64,000 nucleotides of DNA from a virus. The notes beneath the pieces are model-generated. The model worked only from the letters and a program-made list of their open reading frames with translations. It made no database searches and was not told the DNA's origin. Both the position numbers and the translations under genes were made by a program. The stretch is from positions 1 to 64,000 of IMG/VR virus record IMGVR_UViG_3300032070_000613; one strand, written 5' to 3'. Positions within the stretch are counted from its first letter, which is position 1, and each line of letters starts with the position of its first letter. Positions 29,463 to 38,853 of the stretch are shown piece by piece.

Positions 29463-29990
29463 ATGGGCATAAAAAAAGATGTGTTTCTTAGGGATTTGAC
29501 CAGGGTAGTTATAGCGCAGCAGCAGGCTGTACAGAGAGAATGGGCGGAGGTGGTAAGAGAGGTGGGGCCTGATGTAATAGGCGCAGTCAATCTGGTGTGG
29601 GGAAATCGACAGAGATTCCCACATATAGGACGTGATAGATTTTCTATGGACAGGGTTAAAGAGCTTCTTAGTTTTGCATCAGCTACTATTGAAAGAACAG
29701 AACAACTCCCTGAATATATACTGCGTTATCTTAAATCAAAATATGCCAGTTTTTTCCAAATTACTGCTACGGATGAAAGAAATATTAAGCAATTATTAGC
29801 TCAAAATGCTGGAACAGAAAACATCATAAAAGCTTTGTATGAGTATTTAAATAAGACACTTATAAAAAGAGAATATGATAAAATTTATGTGACTGATGTA
29901 CATAAGAGACGCTTGGCCTCTCAAAAAAATCCTGCTTTCGTTCATAGCGTCGTTTTAAAATACCTGGACTCTCTAGATAGAGGATTCTAA
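29463..29990 (+). CDS. Hypothetical protein
   Basis: Likely start MGIKK; KYAS and RLAS motifs. Confidence 0.55.
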   Translation: MGIKKDVFLRDLTRVVIAQQQAVQREWAEVVREVGPDVIGAVNLVWGNRQRFPHIGRDRFSMDRVKELLSFASATIERTEQLPEYILRYLKSKYASFFQITATDERNIKQLLAQNAGTENIIKALYEYLNKTLIKREYDKIYVTDVHKRRLASQKNPAFVHSVVLKYLDSLDRGF

Positions 29991-29992
29991 CC

Positions 29993-30889
29993 ATGGCAAT
30001 AGCATTTTATCCCGGACAATCGCTCGGGCAAAATGACCTCAAAATATCTATACGGGATAGTTCGGCAGTACTTATAGACCCGTATTACATACGCTATTCC
30101 CTTTTCGATAATACCACGGGAGTGGAGGTCCTCATAGGCCCTCCCGATCGTATACCCGCTACCACGGGCGTCGGACAGTATTACGTCGACGCTACACTCC
30201 CTCTGGACTCCAACATAGGGGACTGGGTGGTCCGCTGGAACTTCAGGGAGACCGCCACCTCGCCGCTAGTGCAGGTGGCCCAGGAGTTCGCGGTGGTGAA
30301 AATAGATGTCGTGACGAATATCACTAACAGCACTACCGGGGATTTACTGGTGAGAAGGTTGAGGATCTTGTTGAGGGACGGAAATCCGGATCGCAATTAT
30401 CGCTTCAGACCTCCTGCACATGAAAAGTTTTTACAGGCACAGGCGCAGGTGTTCGGATACATATGGGAAGATGAAGAACTTTTTGAATTTATCCTTATGT
30501 CTATTGATACATTTAATTCAGCCCCTCCCGTGACAGGAATAGATTTGAATAACATGCCGGATAGATGGCGCACTACGGTTCTCATGAGGGCCGCGGGGAT
30601 GGCGTGCGGTGCCCTTTCTGTCAATTGGATCGCCGATGAGTTCGACTACAGTATTAGTGGAGTCTCCCTCAGCATAGAAAAATCTTCCAAATACGAATCG
30701 ATGAAAAGAAACTTTTATGAGGAAGCCGACAAGTCGCAAGAGCTTGCTAAACGGTCAATAAAAATCGTCCTTGGCCTTCGTCAACCCCGATTTTCTGTGG
30801 GAATTTCGAGTGCTTTAGGCCCGTTTAGTAAACCAGGCACCCAGTCAAGACGGAACTGGTGCGGAGGAGGTAGAGGTGGCTGGTCTTGA
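29993..30889 (+). CDS. Putative head-tail adaptor/neck protein with N-terminal Ig-like domain
   Basis: Synteny; RLRILLRD, EFDYSISGVSL adaptor-like region. Confidence 0.5.
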   Translation: MAIAFYPGQSLGQNDLKISIRDSSAVLIDPYYIRYSLFDNTTGVEVLIGPPDRIPATTGVGQYYVDATLPLDSNIGDWVVRWNFRETATSPLVQVAQEFAVVKIDVVTNITNSTTGDLLVRRLRILLRDGNPDRNYRFRPPAHEKFLQAQAQVFGYIWEDEELFEFILMSIDTFNSAPPVTGIDLNNMPDRWRTTVLMRAAGMACGALSVNWIADEFDYSISGVSLSIEKSSKYESMKRNFYEEADKSQELAKRSIKIVLGLRQPRFSVGISSALGPFSKPGTQSRRNWCGGGRGGWS

Positions 30890-30934
30890 AAAATTTTGTC
30901 TATGAAATTAATTTATTTTTAGGAATATTTTAAA

Positions 30935-31639
30935 ATGAATAATAATATAATAGATCTTTACAATGATATAAAAAATTGCTCTGTATGCCCGTTGATGAAT
31001 AGAGAAAAATCTTTGAGAAAGCACGAAGCAGTAGATTTTCATTGTGATGTGTTTGTAATTTCTCAAGCGTTAGCTGAAAATCAACTCAGGCGTAGTGGAG
31101 TCAATTTTTTTGGAGTAAACGGGCGCGCAGGAAATACAGGAAAAAATCTCGAGAAGTTTTTGAATGAATTTGGTAGAACCATATATCCTTTAATAGATAT
31201 ACAGCTTTCAGATAATATAATCATTCCTAAACGCCAAAATGGTTTGTTGTCCGTTTATAATACAGAGGTAACTCAATGCTATCCAGGAAAAGACGCCAAA
31301 GGAGATAGAAAGCCAAATAAAGAAGAGATCCTAAATTGTATAAATAAATCTTTTTTGATAAAAGAAATAGAAATAATAAAACCAAAATTGTTATTATTGA
31401 TGGGGAGATTGAGCCGGGATAGTTTTTTTAAATATATACTGAAAGAGGATTATCCTGAATCTTTATCTGAGCATATTGAGAATATATCTAATACTAAAAT
31501 ACCTTTAAAAGAAATAGGCGGTTTAAATATTTCAGTATTGCCAATTCAACACGCTTCAGGAGCTAATCCAGAATTTTATAAAATGTTGAAAAATGATAGA
31601 TTGATAGGTCTAATTAAAGATGTTTTAAAATCGGAGTGA
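30935..31639 (+). CDS. Uracil-DNA glycosylase superfamily protein (family 4/5-like, Fe-S)
   Basis: CSVCPL, TEVTQCYP..DRKP..EEILNC, EIEIIKPKLLLLMG, HASG. Confidence 0.75.
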   Translation: MNNNIIDLYNDIKNCSVCPLMNREKSLRKHEAVDFHCDVFVISQALAENQLRRSGVNFFGVNGRAGNTGKNLEKFLNEFGRTIYPLIDIQLSDNIIIPKRQNGLLSVYNTEVTQCYPGKDAKGDRKPNKEEILNCINKSFLIKEIEIIKPKLLLLMGRLSRDSFFKYILKEDYPESLSEHIENISNTKIPLKEIGGLNISVLPIQHASGANPEFYKMLKNDRLIGLIKDVLKSE

Positions 31640-31646
31640 TTTCAAT

Positions 31647-31940
31647 ATGTCCCTCGAAGTCCAATATTTCGGTATCACCGGTATCGTCGGTCCTAGTAAT
31701 AATAGAGAGCTATACCTCCTCACCGGCCCTTCCACAGGCGTGGATGGCAGGTATGACGTGGCCGTGGACCCTATAGACGGCCCCGCTCAGAAATATGGAG
31801 TCGATTTCGGTGTGACCTCCTATGGGTATACCGCGGCAGTGGTCCTCGATATAGCGGGCTCTGATATAAAAGACGTCCAGAATAATTACTCTCATGGAGT
31901 GACCGGAGTCCTCAATTTGAGAGTGATCTACAATTATTAA
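31647..31940 (+). CDS. Small virion protein with GITG/GVTG motifs
   Basis: ORF in structural operon. Confidence 0.55.
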   Translation: MSLEVQYFGITGIVGPSNNRELYLLTGPSTGVDGRYDVAVDPIDGPAQKYGVDFGVTSYGYTAAVVLDIAGSDIKDVQNNYSHGVTGVLNLRVIYNY

Positions 31941-31961
31941 ATAATATCTAAGGTTTTTATT

Positions 31962-32540
31962 ATGGTATCTACCGTCTCAACGACAAAAGAAGCTTTTATA
32001 GATGTGTTTCAATATAGCATCAAGAAGTCCAACCAGTTCACCTGCATAGGATGGATCAATCAGCCTCAATTCCCGGACGACAATCCCATCGTATTGCTCG
32101 CTGTGTCTGATGTGGCTGGGAATGTGACAGGAGTAGACTCCGCGCTCAGGTATGAGATTGTAAAAGACGGCGTCGATTATAGGCTGCAGTTTTCTGGCTC
32201 TAAATCTAAAAAAATAAACAAAACAGTGGGGATCTCTTTAGGTGATACGAACTGGCATTTTTTGAGCTATGTGTGTACCGGTGATGGTACTATGTTCTAC
32301 TATGTGGATGGGGTATCAGTACCGTCTGAGGATGGGCTGAGTCCTGACAGTGTACTCTACTCTATTGCCTGGTCACGTAGTGCGAGGCAGGGTGGGGGTC
32401 AGGTGTGGGTGCCCTATATCTATAAAAAAGGGCAGGCAGTATCTATTTATAATTGGAGATTCGCATCAGGGATCCAGATACATCAGGGATGGCTGCAGCA
32501 GCTGATGGTAGTGGATAAAGCTGTTCTAGAGGCCGCATAA
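31962..32540 (+). CDS. LamG/concanavalin-like domain protein
   Basis: FTCIGWI...DTNWHFLSY....YYVDG. Confidence 0.55.
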   Translation: MVSTVSTTKEAFIDVFQYSIKKSNQFTCIGWINQPQFPDDNPIVLLAVSDVAGNVTGVDSALRYEIVKDGVDYRLQFSGSKSKKINKTVGISLGDTNWHFLSYVCTGDGTMFYYVDGVSVPSEDGLSPDSVLYSIAWSRSARQGGGQVWVPYIYKKGQAVSIYNWRFASGIQIHQGWLQQLMVVDKAVLEAA

Positions 32541-34985
32541 ATGAGACAGATAGTATACGTAAATTCTTTATGGGGTGACAATGCCTTTTCAGGGGATCTT
32601 CCCACCCCTGTTAAGACTTTGTCTCAGGCTATAGCTCTTGTATATGAGGGTGGTACGATAGTACTGCAGACAGGTGATGCGGGGACTTCTTACGGGTCGG
32701 CTATTTTTACAAAGAATGTGACGGTTAAAGCCGCCTATGGGGCTGTTCCCTATGTAGGTACTCTCACGTTTAGTAATGCTCAGGGACTTTTTGAGGGTCT
32801 GAATTTTGACGGTTTGAAATTTGGTGGTATCTCTCAGGGGATAGTCGTAGATAATCCTGATTTGGGGTCGGTGATCGTAAGAGATTGCAGGTTCACGGAT
32901 GTAGAGACGGCGATCGATCTGAAAAGAGTACAGTATGTCAGTGTACATAGAAATAATTTTTTGGGTCATAAAGCGGGTATCAAAGTAGATGTCGCTCAGG
33001 AAGTTTGTCTCAGTTCGAATATTTTTAATGGAGGGTCTCGGTCTGTAGAAATAAGTACCGTACAGAGGCTGGATCTTTGGCACAATACCATATACGGGGC
33101 GTCGACTATAGTCGCGGGCACTTCTCCCAATCAGAATTTGAGAATAATTTATGTGACTCTCACCTCTTTTGATATTCTCTATAAAAGGATACAGCTGCCG
33201 GGGTTCGCGGTACAGGGGATGAGCGGTCAATATGAGGTCTCAGTAAACTCCGTCAATGGTCCGGCGTTCCAGTATAGTGTCGATTATACGGTACAGGCTT
33301 TTGGATCTATAGTGAGTTGGGATGGGCTGGCGCTCCAGCAGCAGCTGTCCGCGGGGGATATGATACGGATCATGTATTCTGAGGACCAGGATCCGGGTGG
33401 TGGGGACGCTATACGTGTCATGAATGTGGGGGATGAAAATAGCCGTATAGATTCTAACAGTATCACGGGTAGGATATCGGATATAGATATAGGAGTGTTC
33501 TTTAATACTCCCTTAAAAATAGGCTATAATAATTTTTACAAAAATGTGAAATGGTGGGACGGGGCCACGCCTACGGGGGCTACCGGGCTGAATAATATAA
33601 ATGGAGACCCATTATATCGAGATCCGGTGGGTAGTGATTTTCATCTACAGTATTTAGGGATATCGGGGACCTCTCCTAACATCGATGCGGCTGATCCTGG
33701 CAGATGGATAGACATTTATTCTGAAATGGGTGTTACGAGTATAGGGGGTCATTATACGGCTCCTGTAGCTGGTATCCGCAGTAATGTAGCTCCTTTTGAT
33801 AGGGACATCGATTATGATTTTTATAATCGAGGTGTCACGGGTATAGTAGGCACTACAGGCGATATAGGGGCTCTGGAGTTCAATCAGCATGAGACTGCCC
33901 TAGGTAACTATGTGGCGGAGAGAGGATACGATATAGCGCAGCCTGGCACGGCTACAGGTCCATACGCCACACTCGATCGTGGGTATGCTCGGGCGGGAGA
34001 CTCGGATCTTTTTGTTTCCACCAATTTTGTACCGTATCAGATAGGGGTCACGGGTATATATGCGGTCCCTATCGCGGGTCCGTCCTACGGTCGATATCAC
34101 AGTAAAAATATTGTTTTGAGTGGTAGTGATCTCAGAGTAGGTCATACTACCGGTAATGATATCACCTATGTGTATTCTTCTTATCCGGCTTATGAGACAG
34201 GGCTCGTATATGTAGGACCGGATTCTGGAGCAGGAGTCACGGGGACTTTTGGTAATCCCTATCGGACTATTACGGAGGCGCTGACTGCAGGGAGTTCATA
34301 TGTTTTAGTGAGACCGGGATTTTATCCGTCTTTCCAGGGGCAGACGGGAGTGAGTTTGGCGGGTGTAGAGGAGCTCAGTACTATTTCTTTAGGGTCTCAG
34401 CTCTACAGTAGTTTTGTTACCGGGTCCTGGACGGGTGTAGGGACCTATACGACGAGTAGTTCTACGCTCACTTTATCGGATGCCGTTGATATGCGGAGTG
34501 AGTTCAGTTTTGATCGTGGTATTGATCTCAAGTGTACTACCAGCTCTACTAGTGATACTTTATGTGTAGGTATTACCAATGATACGGACAGTGTATATGC
34601 GGTCCTTGATAGAGTCACTAAAAACAGTGTCATAGGCTATGGAGTGACCGGCCCTATTCATTATGATGTCTACAAAGCATATACGGGGCCTGCTGCATTT
34701 TCTGATGTGAGGGTGCATATCACTTTAGAGGGGGCTGATTTCAGGGTGACGCTCCGTAATCCTTATATAAACAGGACCTATAGCGGCACACTGGATTCAT
34801 ACTATACTGATCCATGGCGATTATTTTGTAGGACGCAGGGTGTGGGTGTCACTGGTATAGTGAGTGATATTTATTTGATGTCGGATCTTTTTCATGGTAT
34901 CACCGGTGTTTTAGACGCACAGATCAGTAGGAAAGTTTTTGGAGTGTTAGGGGTCACAGGTTTGAACAATACTAGGACTATATAA
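32541..34985 (+). CDS. Parallel beta-helix virion appendage protein
   Basis: Beta-helix repeats (NNF, SNIF, HNTIY), G..GNPYRTI-type motifs, many GVTG. Confidence 0.6.
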   Translation: MRQIVYVNSLWGDNAFSGDLPTPVKTLSQAIALVYEGGTIVLQTGDAGTSYGSAIFTKNVTVKAAYGAVPYVGTLTFSNAQGLFEGLNFDGLKFGGISQGIVVDNPDLGSVIVRDCRFTDVETAIDLKRVQYVSVHRNNFLGHKAGIKVDVAQEVCLSSNIFNGGSRSVEISTVQRLDLWHNTIYGASTIVAGTSPNQNLRIIYVTLTSFDILYKRIQLPGFAVQGMSGQYEVSVNSVNGPAFQYSVDYTVQAFGSIVSWDGLALQQQLSAGDMIRIMYSEDQDPGGGDAIRVMNVGDENSRIDSNSITGRISDIDIGVFFNTPLKIGYNNFYKNVKWWDGATPTGATGLNNINGDPLYRDPVGSDFHLQYLGISGTSPNIDAADPGRWIDIYSEMGVTSIGGHYTAPVAGIRSNVAPFDRDIDYDFYNRGVTGIVGTTGDIGALEFNQHETALGNYVAERGYDIAQPGTATGPYATLDRGYARAGDSDLFVSTNFVPYQIGVTGIYAVPIAGPSYGRYHSKNIVLSGSDLRVGHTTGNDITYVYSSYPAYETGLVYVGPDSGAGVTGTFGNPYRTITEALTAGSSYVLVRPGFYPSFQGQTGVSLAGVEELSTISLGSQLYSSFVTGSWTGVGTYTTSSSTLTLSDAVDMRSEFSFDRGIDLKCTTSSTSDTLCVGITNDTDSVYAVLDRVTKNSVIGYGVTGPIHYDVYKAYTGPAAFSDVRVHITLEGADFRVTLRNPYINRTYSGTLDSYYTDPWRLFCRTQGVGVTGIVSDIYLMSDLFHGITGVLDAQISRKVFGVLGVTGLNNTRTI

Positions 34986-36361
34986 TGGCACGGCCACATA
35001 ATTTTCTCGACAACTATGGGCGACCTGACTTCAAACTACCCTATCGGTGGAATGATGACACGCCTCTGAAGATGCCGCTAGGGCCTAAGAGTGTCCAGGC
35101 TACCAGTCCGTATCTCATAGGGGTGATAGATATCCGCTGGGACAATCCGACTATTTATGCCGAGCATAATGGGCTGCAGGTGCTGGGGGTGAATATCTAT
35201 CGGGCATATGATAGTCCTGAGTCTACGTATACTCAAATCAATCCCAGTCCGATAGGTGCCCTTTATTATAGGGATCAGACACGGGAGGTTTTGGCGTCCG
35301 CGGAGGATCCTGTATCTGGTGGGAGTTTCATAGCGGGCACGAATGCCACGGGAGACTGGATTATCCATACCTATCACAAACCGATTATTATACCTGGTAC
35401 GAATGGAAAGATAGCGGAGCACCCGAAGCATGTGGTAGTGCAGATAAAGCCCACTGCGGTGGATTCGTTTCAGACGGTGCCCGCGTGGAGGGTGGTGGGT
35501 GAAACTGGTGAAGTATTTTTAATAAATCGAAAAGTCTACAATAACATCACCAATAGATTAGATGATCCGATACTCCCTATATTATCTCAGGGTGGGGAGA
35601 TCAGGATATCGTATACGTATATTGATGGGTGGATACAGACTGACATCAACAGAAAAATTTATTATAAAGTCACGACGGTGGCTCTTGATCCGGAGTCGTC
35701 GACTCTTATAGAGACTCCTCTCAATGAGGTGGAGGCTGTCAGTTTATATGACATGGAGCGTATAGATTATATCTGGGCGGAGGCTATACGCCGGAACCGG
35801 TGGATACTCGAGCAGGCCGGGGAGCGGGTGAAAGTTTTCATTCGTAAATGGGCTGGAGAGAAATGTCCGTGTTTTGATGAGCAGTATGGGCAGGGGAAGA
35901 ATGATTGTACCTTATGTTTTGGTACCGGAATAACATCCGGTTTCGAAGGACCCTATCCAATTATTATCGCCCCTCCAGAGGCTGAAAAAACGGTACAGTT
36001 ATTAGACATGGGTTTACATGTGAACTACGACTGGAATTCGTGGACCTCGGCGTATCCTCTCCTCAACGACCGTGATTTTATCGTACGTCAGAATAACGAT
36101 AGATTTTCTATAGCTCATGTGAATTCGCAGGGGGCCCGCGGTGCTATTTTTCAGCAGCATTTTATGTTGGCACCTTTGGATCAGCAGGATATACGTTATA
36201 AGGTGCCTATTAATGGCGGCCTTACAGTGCCCGCGGCGTGGAATGCGTACAGGACCGGTAAACCCACGGACGCCAGCCCGACTATACCTGATAAACCTGA
36301 GATACCGGAGCAGTATCAATTGAAAGGAAGAACTGTCAGTTTCGAGTCGATAGTATATTGA
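34985..36361 (+). CDS. Putative neck/head-closure protein (FN3-like + CPC..CxxC)
   Basis: GVNIYRA, YYKVTTV, GERVKVF..CPC..CTLCFGTG. Confidence 0.5.
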   Translation: MARPHNFLDNYGRPDFKLPYRWNDDTPLKMPLGPKSVQATSPYLIGVIDIRWDNPTIYAEHNGLQVLGVNIYRAYDSPESTYTQINPSPIGALYYRDQTREVLASAEDPVSGGSFIAGTNATGDWIIHTYHKPIIIPGTNGKIAEHPKHVVVQIKPTAVDSFQTVPAWRVVGETGEVFLINRKVYNNITNRLDDPILPILSQGGEIRISYTYIDGWIQTDINRKIYYKVTTVALDPESSTLIETPLNEVEAVSLYDMERIDYIWAEAIRRNRWILEQAGERVKVFIRKWAGEKCPCFDEQYGQGKNDCTLCFGTGITSGFEGPYPIIIAPPEAEKTVQLLDMGLHVNYDWNSWTSAYPLLNDRDFIVRQNNDRFSIAHVNSQGARGAIFQQHFMLAPLDQQDIRYKVPINGGLTVPAAWNAYRTGKPTDASPTIPDKPEIPEQYQLKGRTVSFESIVY

Positions 36362-36377
36362 CAAAAGGAGAATAACA

Positions 36378-36755
36378 ATGCTGGAATATAAACTCGCGGA
36401 TGGATCAATATTTATGCTGGATAATTTAATCAGTCTGATTATTACCATAGGTGCTGTGTATTATATCTGTTATAGAGAGGCTAATCAAAAGGACAAGGCG
36501 GCGCATGCAGCGCTGTCGGCTCTGATAGTCCTCAGTACGCTGATACTGTTGCATTTGGCTGATTTGAAAGCCTATTGGTGGATCGCTCCGGTGATAGGAA
36601 CTGTTTTAGGTTTTGGTAAAGAACTGTGGGACAAGATAAATCCTAAAAAGAAGCTATTTGATTGGAGAGACATAGGAGCAGACATGGTAGGCGTGATATG
36701 GATTACCACGGTGTATTTTTTATCATTCTACATACATAGCAATCGTATGCACTAA
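36378..36755 (+). CDS. Membrane protein (YfiM/VanZ-like)
   Basis: DKAAH...GKELWD...DIGAD with TM helices. Confidence 0.55.
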   Translation: MLEYKLADGSIFMLDNLISLIITIGAVYYICYREANQKDKAAHAALSALIVLSTLILLHLADLKAYWWIAPVIGTVLGFGKELWDKINPKKKLFDWRDIGADMVGVIWITTVYFLSFYIHSNRMH

Positions 36756-36768
36756 GATACTTAAATCA

Positions 36769-37062
36769 TAGAAAAATATCCTTTCGGAATTTTTCTATAA
36801 ATCAAGCTAAAACTCTGGTTTTTAATGCCAGAGGACTCTATATCTCAATTTAGAGTTTTTACTATGCCACACAAAGAGTCTGAGTCATTTAAAAATTTTA
36901 GAAGCCTCAAACCCATTGCTTCCAATGCATGGATAAGAGCATTTTTAATTTCCTTAAGCTCTAACAGTGTAGCATTTCTTTTCTTTTTAGGATTAAATCT
37001 TACGCTCAGACCTAGTGACTCTGAGCAGCCCATAAATTTAATGTCAAAGAACAGAAGGAACT
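36769..37062 (-). ncRNA. Candidate ncRNA (or 62-aa ORF) transcribed antisense to the late region
   Basis: sigma70-like promoter, boxA-like TGTTCTTTGACA, several hairpins, terminal GAAA-tetraloop hairpin. Confidence 0.35.
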
Positions 37063-37067
37063 TTTTA

Positions 37068-37096
37068 AATATAGTATAGGGAGCAGAAAAAATCAA
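37068..37096 (-). promoter_or_regulatory. sigma70-like promoter
   Basis: TTGATT-N17-TATATT, same hexamers as 29364-29392. Confidence 0.6.
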
Positions 37097-37156
37097 ATGA
37101 TTTAATTTTATTGAATAATCAATAGAATTTTTTATTTTAGATTGGTCGGAGAAACA

Positions 37157-37172
37157 TAATAAACTCTTAATA
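37157..37172 (+). promoter_or_regulatory. Phage promoter motif TAATAAACTCTTAATA
   Basis: Motif copy. Confidence 0.65.
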
Positions 37173-37222
37173 TATTTTTGAATAAATACAAGATACATCT
37201 TTACTCGAAAAGGAGTCCCCGT

Positions 37223-38113
37223 ATGCCTTTTAATCTCAAAGAAGCTGCAGAAAATTTATTGAATGTGGCGAATGCTCTGGAGAAAGAGGCATTCGATAGG
37301 ACATTTTTTGTTTGCCAAAGCTGCAATCACACTGCATCTCTCACCTCGATCAATGCCAAAAGGAATAAAGTCGCAAAAGAGATGGGTGTGAAGAATGTGA
37401 ATACCGTGACCGTGAATGAGAAAGTATCCTGCCCGGCATGTGATGGTGTCCTGGAATATGTCCCCACAGATGAGAGCAGTAAATACTATGTGGAGGCTGC
37501 TGAGGGTGCTCCTCTTGAGATAGCGCCTCCATCTGATGTATCGCCGGATATGCCTAAAGATGAGCTACTCCCGCCTCCTGAGAAGAAGAAACCTCCGAAA
37601 GAGGAGGCTCCAGAGGATACCGGTAGTATTTTTGCACCTGTCGATGAGAGAGAAAAGGATGAGGAGCTCAATTTAGATTTTCCTGAAGGGGAAGGTAAAT
37701 CTGAAGATGAGCCCCCTGAGATGCCGCCTGAGGGTGATAAACCTCCTGAGATGCCGCCTGAGGGTGAGAAGTCCCCTGAGATGTCTCCTGAAGGGGATAA
37801 ACCTCCTGAGATGTCGCCTGAGGGCGAGAAGTCCCCTGAGATGCCTCCTGAAGGGGAGAAGCCTCCTGAGATGCCTCCTGAAGGGGATAAACCTCCTGAG
37901 ATGTCACCTGAGGGTGAGAAGCCTCCTGAGGAAGCTGAAATGCCTCCTGTGGTTGAGGAAGAAGTACCGCTTCTAGAGCCTGAGAAGAAGCCGAAAAAGA
38001 AGAAGGAAAAAGTAGAGTTCCCTAAAGAGGACGTGCCGAAATTTGAGAAAATGCCAAAAGATGCTAGTGATGATGCAGCCTATCAGGCATCCCTTAAAAA
38101 GTACATGTTCTGA
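37223..38113 (+). CDS. Zn-ribbon protein with Pro/Glu tandem repeat
   Basis: CQSC and CPAC; AGGAG RBS before ATG 37223. Confidence 0.65.
   Translation: MPFNLKEAAENLLNVANALEKEAFDRTFFVCQSCNHTASLTSINAKRNKVAKEMGVKNVNTVTVNEKVSCPACDGVLEYVPTDESSKYYVEAAEGAPLEIAPPSDVSPDMPKDELLPPPEKKKPPKEEAPEDTGSIFAPVDEREKDEELNLDFPEGEGKSEDEPPEMPPEGDKPPEMPPEGEKSPEMSPEGDKPPEMSPEGEKSPEMPPEGEKPPEMPPEGDKPPEMSPEGEKPPEEAEMPPVVEEEVPLLEPEKKPKKKKEKVEFPKEDVPKFEKMPKDASDDAAYQASLKKYMF
37712..37930 (+). repeat. 30-bp coding tandem repeat, 7.3 copies ([PS]PEM[PS]PEG[DE]K)
   Basis: Read directly from the sequence. Confidence 0.95.
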
Positions 38114-38148
38114 ATGTTTCGATATGCATATTCAAATAAGATCGAAAT

Positions 38149-38838
38149 ATGATTTTAGTGATAGGAAACACTCCTCAAAAGGTAGAACTTAAAGATCTTG
38201 GCGATTATATATACTATAAACAACAAAAAATTTTTACAGATTCGCAGTATAATCGATCGCAGGATCTTCAGAGAGAAATCCAAAAAGGGTCTTTAACGAT
38301 ACTCAAAAGAGCCGACGATAAGAGCGGCTCTTTTGATATACCCTCTGTAGGCTATTCCTCGGTATCTGCGGACAAATCTCCTGTGACGGATTTTTCTAAG
38401 TTGGATACTCTTCTGGAGCGTATTAATAGTCTGGAAGAGTCGATCAATGCCAAATCGACCCTTTCTCCTGAGGCTCATAATGATGTCATCAAATCTCTGA
38501 TTGAGAAGGTGACTCGTTTGGAGAGTGAGCTCATCGCCGGTAATAATGGTCAGAGTTTGTCTATATTGCATGATGCTATTAAAAAATTGGAGGATAAAGT
38601 AGGTCGCGGGGCTGATGAGACTATACTCAAGAGACTGGAGGATATCTTAAATAGGGCTCCTGCTGCGGCATCGTCTGTTGAGCGTAAAGAGGAGACGAGA
38701 CCTGAGGATGTGTATGTGCCCACGGTCACTGTGGAGGATGCCAATACGCATATTAAATTGGATATACGGACTATTGGTGGTGGGGATGATGTGAATGACT
38801 CTTTGAAAAAACTGAAAGAATTAAAATCTAAATCTTAA
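38149..38838 (+). CDS. Coiled-coil protein upstream of the actin-like gene
   Basis: Heptad-like segments LLERINSLEE, LIEKVTRLE, IKKLED. Confidence 0.55.
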   Translation: MILVIGNTPQKVELKDLGDYIYYKQQKIFTDSQYNRSQDLQREIQKGSLTILKRADDKSGSFDIPSVGYSSVSADKSPVTDFSKLDTLLERINSLEESINAKSTLSPEAHNDVIKSLIEKVTRLESELIAGNNGQSLSILHDAIKKLEDKVGRGADETILKRLEDILNRAPAAASSVERKEETRPEDVYVPTVTVEDANTHIKLDIRTIGGGDDVNDSLKKLKELKSKS

Positions 38839-38853
38839 ATACAGGAGGTTTAC

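Noticed and set aside
37712-37930. Possible CRISPR array
   Set aside because: Contiguous in-frame coding repeat with no unique spacers and no cas genes
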